Assembly: GCF_009914755.1 (NCBI RefSeq) | Contig: NC_060925.1 | DNA length: 64,000 nucleotides | Source of the DNA: the human T2T-CHM13v2.0 reference genome, Homo sapiens | Reading direction: 5' to 3' (one strand) | In this document: positions 26,655 through 40,660 of the stretch, piece by piece | How the letters are laid out: every line of letters starts with the position of its first letter | How positions within the stretch are numbered: the first letter of the stretch is position 1 | Program-made: the position numbers and the translations under genes | The notes under the pieces: generated by a model | Database searches by the model: none | What the model was told of the DNA's origin: nothing | What the model saw: only the letters and a program-made list of their open reading frames with translations

Positions 26655-26940
26655 GGCTGGGCGCGGTGGCTCACGCCTGTAATCGCAGCACTTTGGGAGG
26701 CCGAGGTGGATGGATCACCTGAGGTCAGGAGTTCGAGACCAGCCTGACCAAACATGGTGAAATCCCGTCACTACTAAAAATGCAAAAATTAGCTCGGCGT
26801 TGCGTGCGCCTGTAGTCCCAGCTACTCGGAGGCTGTGACAGGAGAACTGTTTGAACCCGGGAGGCGGAGGTTGCAGTGAGCTGAGATCATGCCATTGCGC
26901 TCCAGCCTGGGCGACAGAGCGAGACTGTCTCCAAAATAAA
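26655..26940 (+). mobile_element. AluS
   Basis: Sense dimer; TSD aagaattaaaaacctt / aagaattaaaaccctt. Confidence 0.95.
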
Positions 26941-29900
26941 AAGAATTAAAACCCTTGAGAAAACTTTAAACCCTCCTGGACTCATAGAGCTGGAGGGGAC
27001 CTAAGAGGTTATCTCCTCTAAGCCCCATTTTCCAGATAAGGAAAGTGTATTTTCCAAGGTAAAATAAGTTTTCAACAGTGAATATCCTTCATAATGGCTT
27101 TTTAATTTGTACTGTCACTGGAGTCAGCCCTCATTTGCCATGTTATGATTATGTTCTTCTTGTGGGACTTGTATGTATTTATTAGAGACCATTGAGACGT
27201 AGCACTGGGCATTACTTTTGTGGCAAAGGCACCAGGGCAGTAATCATTATTAATGGATTTCATTATTTGGGAGAGCATTTTACTGACTATAGAGAATTCA
27301 TTGCATTGATCTATTGTGCCACAGTTTTATTATACCGGGTAGTTTAAAATGATATTCTCTAAACTGTTAGGCTGAAAAATTGTCCAGTGTTGGCAGTTAT
27401 CCCATCAGTAAGACCTTCCTTTTACTACCGAAAATACATAGTTCTGTCGAAAGAGACCTTTTGACTGGTCCCCAGTGCCCTGACTGTGTTTAAATCCCTC
27501 ACTAGTGAAATAGGAGGATTACTACTGCCATCATTGTTCTAAAACAAACTTCCTTTTGGAAGATAACAGCAGCGGTAAATCAGATGTTGAAGAAAGTACC
27601 AGCTTAACTTCACTTTGCTTTAAAAGGGTTTCCTCTTTAATTGACAAGTGTCATGTATAATAGGGCATGGCAACTCACATAGTAAACCTTGTGTGGGGCT
27701 GCCTGCTGGGGTTGGAGTTCTTAATGAACATACAAGTGAATACACTGAGGCAAAAAAATTAAAGCTCTCCAACTGTGGGGTATTCATTCTGTTCACTGTG
27801 GCCAGTGTGGTGATCAGTACTGGCCACACCAGTGGCCAAAGAGAACTGCATTCATCATGTGGCTGTTCTATAGCTGTGAGCTATGGTGACTGTTATTTTT
27901 CCTAGTGATAGTTTTCAGTGACAGCATAGATTCTGGTATCATATCCAAGGAATAAACAAACACTGTTTTTGGCTTTTTGTTTTTTTGTTTTTGACATAAA
28001 AATAATAAGCTATTTTTGGCATATGCAGACTTTTCACAAAGTGATTGTTTTCTTGAGCTCTGGACTACTTGGTAACATTCATAAGTTCCTTCACTTTGTA
28101 GCTCCCTCTTTCCTTCCCTCCACTCCCTGCAAAAGAGAGCAGAACTGATTTTTCAGAGGTGATGTTTACAACAGTTCAACACACTCGAATGAGCACTTAG
28201 AATAATGTCAATAGAGGAAGAAAAAAAAGGACATATTATTATCAAATTAAGTAATGGATGGGCAGTGATATTTTATTTATTAAAGCTTGTCTGAGTACCA
28301 TTGGAAACAGAGTATGTTGGTTCTGAAGTGCACAGATTAGAAAGGAATGTTGAGTTTGGAAACGTGGCAGCCTGCAGCACTGTGTATGGTTTAAATTAAA
28401 CCTTTTTTTGGAAAGCAGAATAGCTGTAGGCCACATTTAAGGGAAAAGCCACAGCAGAGTGAGCTGGCTGTGGTTTTTCTTTTACTCTGTAACCGGCCCA
28501 CTTTCCCTTGTTTTAACACAGAAAAAGACTTTGGACTCCTTCAGACCAACCACATAGCTTCTCTGCTGACCACAAAAAGGAAGCTTGGCGTAGAAGCCAT
28601 AGGATTAATACCCACTGTCTCTTAACCCAACAGAGTGTGAAAACTTTCATAAGAGATTTCTCTGGGCAGACTGACACTGTGGTTGGACTTTAAACATTTT
28701 AAATCAAGCACAACTTTGAATTGCATTATGCCACAGTGCTCTGTAAATTGTTATGTGTGATCCCACTGTTAAAAGTTATTTACATGAATCCCCAGGTTTC
28801 AGAGGGATAAACCACTAACAGCTTTGTGTATCTTATAAAGAAATACAAAGAGAATTAAAGGTATGCCTATGACACATTATCTCAGATAGAGTAGGTAGAT
28901 CATAGTCAGATTTTATTATTCTTAAGCAAATGGAGGCAATTGGCTTTTGGCAGAAAAGCCTTTTCATCTTTGAAAATAATAGGATTAAGATTGTGGATTC
29001 TGTTAATCACTTGATCAGCTTTATTAATTAACCACATTTTTAAATTAGAAAAAACCCTTTTTACTAGATGTGCATCTTTCTTAATAATTTTACATTGCAG
29101 GTTTTATTTAATATACTGATCTACTCAGGTATTATAAATGGTTGTTTCTATGTCCTGCACATTAATTTTAATAATTGGAATCCTACTACCCTGATTTACT
29201 AATCATGCATTTGTACAAAGCAACTCTGAAATGACCAAAAATAACCACAAAAAAACCTTTTGTGTTTGTATTTATATTTACTCATTCAGATGCCTAGGAT
29301 TAATATGTTTTACAAGAAATCATTTGAATTTACATCTTACCATGTTGAATTAATCAGCTTTTCATAAGTGCACTGTCTCAGTATTCTGGTTTCTATTTAA
29401 CAGAGAATCTCAATGGAAGAGATTGATTTGAAAAGTTGAAGGAAAAATCGTGCATACATGTTTCAAAACTGTGGTCTTACAGTAACCACAGAGTTAATTC
29501 TTGGTTGACTTTATGTCGCGAGAGGGGTTGATTTGCTGTCATTAGAGAAATTGGTCTGTATAACACTTCCTGTATGTGAAGAAATGCAGTTGTCATCATG
29601 CCTAGACCATTAAAGCAGTATTTAAATACTTCCAGTTGTGAGGAGCCATGCATTTATTTTGGTTATTTTCCCAGGTGTCTTAGGAGCAGCTGTTTTGTGC
29701 TTTACTGAACTTAATAGTTGAAGAATGTGGGAAAGAAATGGTGTACTTTCTGGGTAAAGTATTTTAGCCACCCTGGAGTAGTTGCATTGCATCTTGATCT
29801 TTTTTCATCTTGGTAGAATTATACTGTAACTAATTGAATCCATTGATCACTGTCTTGTTTTTTTTCCATCTTCTTCTCCGAGGATTCATTTCATAGGGGT

Positions 29901-30163
29901 CTATACATCAGTCAAGAAAATAGCTACCGAGGAATTACCGAGACTAGTAATAAAGGTAATTTAACCTAGTTTAATATTTTTTTTAAAGGCAAAACACTGT
30001 AAACATTTTTTACCTGGTGAGAGTTAACTTCTTAATTAGGCCATGTTGGAAAACAAATCAAAAAGACACTTACTGGTAGTTTTCAGAGAGTGAGAGAAAA
30101 AAAGAGGCAAGAGAAAGCATTGATCTTGGAATTAGATGACCTGGTTTCTAGGCCTATCTACCC

Positions 30164-30328
30164 CAATGCTTTTCAAACTTCAATGTGCATACGAATCAAC
30201 TGGGGATCTTGTTAAACTGCAGAGTCTGAATCAGTATGGTTGCAGTGGGCCTGAGATGCTGCATTTCTGACAAGCTCGCTGAGACATCCCTGCTGTAGAA
30301 CCTCTGACCACACCCTGAGTAGCAAGGG
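30164..30328 (-). mobile_element. MER5A MITE
   Basis: tcaaacttcaatgtgcatacgaatcaactgggga...gcatttctgacaagctc...accacaccctgagtagca. Confidence 0.8.
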
Positions 30329-30421
30329 TCTGCTTTACCACTTAGCTAACTTTGTGGCTTTGGGTATACTGTTTAACAACTCTGCATCTCAGTTTCCTAA
30401 TCTATAAAATTGGGATATTAA

Positions 30422-30889
<468 letters not shown>

Positions 30890-31030
30890 TAATAGGAGGG
30901 GCCTGGAACTGTGAGGCAGGAGAAGGGAACTGGAATCCCTGCCTCCCTAGTACCCATTCTGTGCCTTTGGCCAAATCATCTCCCCTGGTCCCCTGTTGTG
31001 TCATCTTTAAAATAAGGGCTTGACCTAGGT

Positions 31031-31220
31031 TAGTGCTCTTAAAGGGTAGTTGCAAGACTAGCAGCATCAGCATCACTGGGAAACTTGCTAGAAATGCAGG
31101 TTAGATTCCTAGCCCCTTCCGAGACCTGGTGAATCAGAAACTCTGGGAATGCAGTCCAGCAATCTGATTTCTAATGAGCTCTTCAGGTGATTCTGATGCA
31201 GCTAAATTTTGAGAAACTTT
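31031..31220 (+). mobile_element. MER5A MITE
   Basis: agcagcatcagcatcactgggaaacttgctagaaatgca...gaatcagaaactctggg...caggtgattctgatgca. Confidence 0.85.
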
Positions 31221-31642
31221 CTGAAGTGTCATCCAACTTTGAAATGAGATATTTAAGCCTTCTCTTTATAGGTTCAGCCAACAGAGAGCCTATCTGTGTG
31301 ATCTCTAGACACTTTCCCATCTCCCAGGTAGAGGAAGATTGGGGAATTGAACCTTCTGTGATTGTATTGCATTGAGCATGTGGTAAGGAGGACTGAACTT
31401 GGACGGTTAAAACCTCACCTCTCTGGAACTCGGAATAGATTATAATTGCATTGACTTACACTGGTCTAGCTTATCCAGTTTTGGGGCTGCTTTAGTAGCC
31501 CACAAACGCTGACTAATGCAGATGACTGTACACACTGAGAAAGTTCTCTTCCATTTTAGTTTCCTCCTTACTCTCTTCCTGTTCCCCGAATGGTTGTCAT
31601 CATGATATAGCACCAAGTCACATTTTATAGACTTTTCAATAA

Positions 31643-32074
<432 letters not shown>

Positions 32075-32385
32075 TAGTTTGTACATTTGGAAATACATCT
32101 GAAAACTTACCAAGTTCAAGCGCTAGAGAGCACAATCTTTATGTACAGAGAAGACCTCCTCGATGAGGTCTAACAACTTCTGTTCTAGACACAAGTCTGA
32201 TTTTTCATTCCAGAGCAGCAAATAAAGTCATAGTGGACAGCTGCTTCAGTCTGGAAACTAGAAACAAACAAGAGGTGTTAGCTGGCAGCTGAACAATGAA
32301 GAAAGACATGGAGACACTGTCCAAGAGGTCGAGATGGATAGTAGCTTGAGATCCTCTCTTTCTCTCTAGACATGCGCCATGTGCA

Positions 32386-32413
<28 letters not shown>
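32386..32413. repeat. (AC)n microsatellite, about 14 units
   Basis: Direct reading. Confidence 0.95.
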
Positions 32414-32416
<3 letters not shown>

Positions 32417-33019
32417 GACAGTCTCTGACTTTCAACGGTTTGACTTTATGATGAGTTTATCAGGATGTAACTCTGTCACAAGTTGAGGAGCATGTGTTTA
32501 TGTGTGTATGTGTATCCGTATACATTTACATTTATATATACACACACACACCCCCCTCTATAATCCTGTATACTTAAATTCCTAAATAGTTGTTTGGGTG
32601 TTCACTATATTGGAACGCTTTAACTTGTGTTCTTAATAATATCTTTAGGAAAAGATTAAAGCATGTTTCTGCATATAATAATATTAGTAACAAATGATGG
32701 AAGATTTTGCTCCAAAATGAGTTAATGTAGAAAACAGGTAGTGATTAAAGTGGTGAATGTAAGCAATTTTGTAAATTTATAAAGTCATAGACATCTGTAG
32801 TTATGAAGGACCTCATAGATAATTTTCTCCAGTGGTTTCAAATATTATTTAAATAGGAATGTTTCCTTCAGGACCAAATCTGTGGAGAAGCTATGTACAT
32901 GTATTTATTTTTTTAAGTTGAAAAGTATGCGAGTACTGGATCCATATTATTAATAACTTTGGCCCACCTGTTCTTTCTCCCAGAAGCAGCCCCAGTTGGA
33001 ATCAGCCCCTAGAGCGAGG

Positions 33020-33148
33020 AGTCACCTGGGAAGCTTGTTACATGCAGATTCTGATTCTGTGTGTCTGGGAAGGCACCTGAGACTCTGCATTTCAGATAAA
33101 CTCCTAATGTGTTAAACATGCATTGGCCACATTTTGAGAAGCAAGGCC
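33020..33148 (-). mobile_element. MER5A-type MITE fragment
   Basis: tcacctgggaagcttgtta...gcagattctgattc...gagactctgcattt...ccacattttgagaagca. Confidence 0.7.
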
Positions 33149-34084
33149 CTGGGGGAAACTGTGCACGTAGTTCGAAAACCTTTGATGGGTTAACTTCTTC
33201 ATGTTTCAAATGTGAAAAGACAGAGTTATAAATGATCTGCCAAAAGCCACATGCTTACCTGGGGTCTTGAGTCTTGGGAAGGCTGTGTTCTTTTACCCAA
33301 GGCCTGGGTGGGATGGCTGTGTCCTTACCCTTTGGGCTGAAGGAGGCATCCTAGTACCAGGGTTCCACGGGCACTATCCGTATTCTTAGTTTCTATCATG
33401 ATAGATTATGCTGGGAACTTGTTCCTTTTAGCCCACTATCTGTCCCATGGAAAACAGTACTCTGAATCAGACCCCATGGAGGGTGGAACATTCTGATTAG
33501 CCAGCAAGGGCAGTTAGGCCCGTAGCTGTGGTGTCTGCTGCCACAGCAGAATGGATAAGCAGTTCTCAGCCACCACCCCCCACAACATAATCCATAAAAC
33601 TCTTTCAACCTTTTTTTTTTTTTTTGCATGTCTAGTGTTTGCAAATGGAAAATGGCTGAGGAAAAACAGAGTGAAAGTTTATATAAAATATTTATACCTT
33701 AAAGATCTTTTATCTTGTGTCATTCAAGAGAGAAGTGAAAAATGTATTGGGAGTACATTATCAAGAGTACATTATAAATTTAAATCTCAGATTGAATAAT
33801 ATCAGCTGCTAATGTGTGGAGCTTTGGAAATGAGTCACTTTTGAATCTCAAGAACTTAACTGTACCAGGTCAGTTACACTTAAGAAGGAAGTGCCTTTTG
33901 AAAAAAGAAAAATCCTATACCGGAATAAAGACTTATACTAATGGGCATTAAAGATCAAATACTTGACATAATATTCATGTTAGAATGTAGCTACATAGGA
34001 ATAAGTTGTAGGATCTGAGACACTTTATGGAATGTTTCTCAAAAACAATCAAATAATTTTGGTCTTTTCTTTGTGAAGCAATAT

Positions 34085-34332
34085 AACCTGTGGTTACGAG
34101 TTATGTGTCTTAGAAAGACTTAGATTTGAATTCTCTGTCTGCTGCTTGTTAGCTGTGCCATTTTGGATCAGTTCTTTTCTTTGAGACTCACTTTATTTTA
34201 AAGCAAAGTTAATATACCTACCTAATTGGTTTTTTTTGTAAAGGATTAAACATCATGGTATTTGTAAAGCATTCAGCACTTTGCCTAGAATTTTATAGTT
34301 CCAGTAAATAGTAGCTATTTTTATCATTATTG
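34085..34332 (+). mobile_element. MIR
   Basis: tacctacct...ggattaaa...tgtaaagca...gtaaatagtagctatt 3' half. Confidence 0.7.
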
Positions 34333-34659
34333 TCACCATGATATTGTTTTTAGACCTAACTAGTATTGCATCATTCTTTGGTGACCTGGTGGTGTGCTAT
34401 GGAAGCGAAATTGGTGTGCCTGTTGAAAAAGTTAGTAGTCAGAAAAAAAGACATACTTTTATAAGTGAGACTGTGACTATTATGCTGGACACCTGCATTC
34501 TAACTAGCAAAACAGAAAATACTTTGTTGGTTTTAATGGTGCTTTGTTTTTATACTGCATGGTATCTATTTTTATATGCTGGGGTCTTAAAATGCTTGGA
34601 GCATCTAGAGAGGTAACTAAAGGAATGAAGTAGGCCATAGACATAGCAACAGCCCATGT

Positions 34660-34820
34660 CCCATTGAAAGGCCATGAGTCCCAGTTGAGGCCCCTTGGCT
34701 CTAGCCAATTGGTGCTGTGTGAAAATCTGGGCCCAGTGTTGTCAGTTCTTTTAATTTTTTCCTAAGAATCTGGAAGTGCAGATTTTTACATGAATCATAG
34801 GATGCTTTAAATAATTGCAG
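34660..34820 (+). mobile_element. MER102-like fragment
   Basis: ctctagccaattg...gggcccagtgttgtcag...gatttttacatgaa. Confidence 0.5.
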
Positions 34821-34821
34821 C

Positions 34822-35647
<826 letters not shown>

Positions 35648-37009
35648 GCAGCTAACTCAACATGAAACCCAACTGCAGGACCTGAAGACCCTGTGGCCTG
35701 CAGTATTTATCAAAAATCTTCAGATTGGGGATTATAAAGTGAAGGTATCATTTGGGTGGAAAGGAGGAGGGTCGGAGAGGCAGCCAGTGCTTTATTTTTT
35801 TGTTTAAATGGTTTCGTATTATATATACGATAGGTCATTGCTAACAATGTGCAAACTGTTGAGGGAACATTGTATAAATTTATTTCTTGGAAAAGTTTAT
35901 TTAGAGTTTTAGTGGAGAAGCTAGAGAAGAAAATACCATTTAATGTTATTTCTGTACTGCTATATTACATTTTAATATATGAATTACTCTATTTTTTAAA
36001 AATGATGGATAAACTACACTTCCCTTTAGTTGTTTTTATTCTGAGATAAATGCCTGTTTTGTAAATCATTGTTACCTGATTTTGGTAATCTCTATTAGAA
36101 AGAAATCTCTTTTTATTAATATCTGTATACTTAACTCAGACACTGGGAAATTCTTGCAAAATGCTTTACAAAAGCAGCCATTTTAAGCTGATTAAAAGTA
36201 TATTCTATATGCATGTATGTAGTTGAAGTGCTACCAAACCACGTATGTATTTAGTTAACTAAACTCAAGAATCATGGAAGTTTGAAGAACTCCAAATCAC
36301 AGCTAAGAATGCACTAAAGGAAAACCATATCTGTTTGACTCCAGCAAATTGACTCGTGTGATATTTTTGCTTACACCTTTCTGCAGCTTAACTGCTGAGT
36401 TAGCTGTTCTTTAATGTCCTTGACAAATTCAGGAAGTCATCACATGTAGATAAATTGAGAAAAATATTTCTGCCAATTTGGTCCTGATCATTTCTTCTTG
36501 GGGTTATAAATTTGGGTTTTCATGATCTAGATGTTAATAAAAAAGAACCCCAGATAATCTGAAGGGTTACTCCTCAATATTACTATGATAAGTTTAGGGT
36601 CTGTGAGTTGGCTGCCTACTGAGTACCTAAAAGCATGGGAACTTTTACAACATATAATCCAATACGTAATCACTTTGTCAGGCTGAGCAAGTTAGTGGAA
36701 TCTTTAGTAATACTACGATAATTAAATAGTTAAGCTATAGGATAAAAGGCAAAACTGTTTTATTAGGGAAGACTATGCTTAGACAGTCTTTTAGAATGAT
36801 TGAAAGGGTATATAGATATGAGAACCAGTCTGCTATTCCAAATAATCTAGTTAGGATTAAAAATAAAAATTTTGTCCAGATGCTGTATGAAAATCTACTT
36901 TATAGTAGGATTATAATTATTGCTTTGTTTTAATAGGGGACTCTTAGAGACAAGGAAGAAAAGAGTAGGGAAACCTATTTGTATAGGAAAATATAGTACA
37001 TTTCCATTC

Positions 37010-37210
37010 AATATCTACCTATAATGTGAGAGATTATGCCAGACGCATTGAAATTGCTGTCTTTAATCTTCATCCCAATCTTATAAATTAGCTTTTGTTA
37101 CCACTGTTTCCTTGATGAGGATACCAAGTCCACACCAAATGACTTGCCTAAGATATGTATTCATTACATTTTGGAGTTGAGCTTTGAACCCAGCTCCGTC
37201 TGTGTTCCAT
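37010..37210 (-). mobile_element. MIR
   Basis: tttaatcttca...gatgagga...aatgacttgcctaag...tttgaacccag. Confidence 0.6.
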
Positions 37211-37280
37211 ACTCATTTCTTTTCCCTGTATCAGAAGATCCACCCACACTGGCCAACTGAGAAGAAAAATAGCAGATGGG

Positions 37281-37521
37281 CTTAAATATGGGTAAATGTA
37301 TGATAATGTACTTAGTGAAGAAACACCTACCAAACTACTTATAGTTTATAGACTCTTAGGTGTTAATTTTAACTCATGAAAGAAACCTGGGAGTCATAGG
37401 TTTCTTTCTTAAATATGGGTAAATATATGATAATGTACTTAGTGAAGAAACACCTACCAAACTACTTATAGTTTATAGACTCTTAGGTGTTAATTTTAAC
37501 TCATGAAAGAAACCTGGGAGT
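37281..37521. repeat. Tandem duplication, period 127 bp (114-bp core, 1 mismatch)
   Basis: 37281-37394 is repeated at 37408-37521; 13-nt junction cataggtttcttt. Confidence 0.97.
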
Positions 37522-37652
37522 ATAGGCTCTCTCAGCATGATTATTGTCTCTTCCCTACAGTCAATTCAGGAGGGTTTATTGAGGACCTACTTTGTGTGAG
37601 GATAAATATAGTGTTCTTGTACTTAAAGAACTTACATCTTTTCCTTCCTTCT

Positions 37653-37947
<295 letters not shown>

Positions 37948-40084
37948 TTACATATTTTCCCATAAGACATTTCTTATGTTCCCATAGTGAGAAAAATAAC
38001 CCTGTAAAAACCTCTTTAAGCAATATCTCAATCTGTATGGCAAGGAAGATAGATGAGTGTACTCATGTATGATCGTGTACTGATTTGGAGTATGTTTTGG
38101 AAATGAAGACTAAAACTTTCACTTTAAAATAAGGTTACTTTTCTCTAAAGGAGGCATTTTCTTTGTAGAGTCATTATGATATTATTTCATAGCTATTAAA
38201 ATTTGCTATCTTGATGCTTGGTTATTCACTGAAAGGAATGAAATATTTATTAAGGTCATATTACTGTTGTGTACAAAGGGAGCCACAGGGTGACTTTTAT
38301 GCTATGCCTTTTTGGTAGCGGTGTTTCTGCTGGGTTGCATCAATGTCTGTAGATTTTATTGATTATAATTAAGTCAGTCTGCATTGTCTCTGAGAATTTA
38401 CATGGCTTTAAAAATCAATCTCTCACATACTCATTTTTTGAAATAATTTGAAAAAGGATCTCAGTAGAAGGGACAAATCTACAACTATTAATCCTGTTGT
38501 TATTTGTTTGAGCCAAAAATGGTGTTATTTCTCATTAAAACATTTGCAGGTTTTAGGTGTTATGATCCTTTTAGTTTTCTTTTAATTTCATTTTCTCTAC
38601 CACCAAGCTTTCAAAGGCATTTTACAGCTTATTTTTATCTCTGGTAGATTTCTGGGTATGCCTGGCAAAACCCCTAGCTCAAATCCTGAAGGTTATTTAA
38701 ATTCCAGTGTTGGATGCTCTCCACATATATAGATTTTGATGTACACTTAATAAGATTAGGAAGATTTTATGCCAGTTGATACCTTGCATGTACATGATGG
38801 ATCAGATAAAGGACCATCAGAGGGCTAGTGGGTCTGAGCTTTGATTGCAGGTAGTGGGGAACATTGTCAGAGCTTTTTTTGTGTTACTTTAGGTATACAT
38901 TTTTAAGCCAAGTTTAGCACATATATTTATGTTAACTTGGGGCATTAATAATCATATAAGCTTGTGGAATTAACCCATACAGATATAGAAAAGCAAAGCC
39001 CTAATCAATAGTGCAAAGACCAGTTGTGATTTTTAAAAACCACTGCTTCTGTGGAAGTGCAAGCATTGACTTATGTTTACATTATTTTTCTAAAGCAACT
39101 GATTTCAGTGACACCTACTTCTGCCTAAATTGGCTGTCTCTGCGTGTGCATGTATATTAAAGGTATATATTGAGAGATATATTTGAAAAAGTTATAGTTT
39201 TTGAAATAAAAAATACCCTAGTAAATTGCCCTTTTATGATGGGGAATGATTAAATAAAACAGCATTATTTATAACATTAACTAGAATTAAATATACAGCT
39301 GGGTGAGACTTTGTTTGTTTGGAATTTCTTAAAGGAATTAGCTTCAGTTTCCTAAACTAGAGATATGTGAAGATTATGAACACCAACATATTCTTATGAC
39401 CTTGATTTTTGAAGGTGTTCAATGAAAAATTCTTGGATTATATTCCTTAAAATTCAAAATATATTTGGAATACTCCAGGACTATTTCATGCTTGTAAGAT
39501 GGAGGTTATGTATCTCTTTTCTAAGGCTTGAAAAATTAAGCCCTGGCTATAGCAATCTTGGTGTTGTCTACAAACCCACAGCTTTGGTCACAGTTTTTTG
39601 AAAACTTAATTATGAATGGCTGTTAAATATTTTTCATTTACCAACTTATCAGCATTTCCTTTTTTGCAGCAAGACTTACTTCCTTTGCTTATGGAAGGCC
39701 CTAAGTTTGTTTAGAAAACAAAGTCTGTCTTATCATAATTTTGTTGGTGAGAAGATGCAGCTATATAAAACAAAGAACAAACCTGTGAAACTTCTGCTCC
39801 TCCTATCAGGCTCTGTTTGTGGGAAGCCTAAATGCATAAAATAGCAACTTGTTAAACTTAGCCTTGACTCTGTTTAAGGGGATCTTTTATTTGCAAAATT
39901 TAGTCAATTCCTCCCTAAAGGAAAAAAAGTCATTTTAGTGGATCTTGAAAGCTTTTAGATAAATATTCCAAGTTTTTTTTCCCCTGCTGCTGCAAGCTTA
40001 AAAGGCAACATAGAAGGTCTGAAGCCTGGTTTTTCCAGCTGTGTAACAAGCACAGAAGAGAGGATTCTAAATATTTACTCCTTT

Positions 40085-40660
40085 TTCCTTCCCACTATTC
40101 TGTGTTCCAGTCAAACTTGATTTCTTGCTGTTTGTTTCCAGGACACTTCTCACCCTGCATTCTCTTAGTTTGTCCCCCCAAGGAATGCTCTTCTTTCCAT
40201 CCTCACATCTCTGTCCAGTAGAATCCTATTTGTCATTCAATCTGCATTTAAAATGCTATCAGCTCTTCCTGAAGACTTTATGGACACCCCCAACCAAATG
40301 TGGAAAGGGGTCCACAATTTCCAGTGCAATTACCTTACCTACTTTTTGGCTGGACTCAGTACTCTCATTCTACCTTGTGTGTTAGGTGTTCGTGTACTCA
40401 GTAATGTTCGGTGGTCAACCGATATTTACTAAATGCCCCTTATTGTCAAACACTGTGTTACTTACTGGGGAAAGCGAACGGTTTAAAACATGGCCCATGA
40501 TGTCAGTAACCTCTTTCTTGTTTTTTTTCTCCCCAACTTGGTTCTGAATTCCCAGTTGGTAGAAATGGCCTTATAATTCTTTGGTGTTCTCTGTGAATCC
40601 TGGCTTCTTGCACATAGTAGCTGCTCAAGAAATGGTCATTGAGCCATATTAGTTGAGTAA
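40085..40660 (+). mobile_element. L2 fragments (with a short opposite-strand L2 end at about 40405-40510)
   Basis: Pyrimidine-rich L2 3' region and terminus gcacatagtagctgctcaagaaatg. Confidence 0.55.

Noticed and set aside
32190-32345. Cryptic exon after ttttcattccAG (32212-32213)
   Set aside because: No convincing downstream donor
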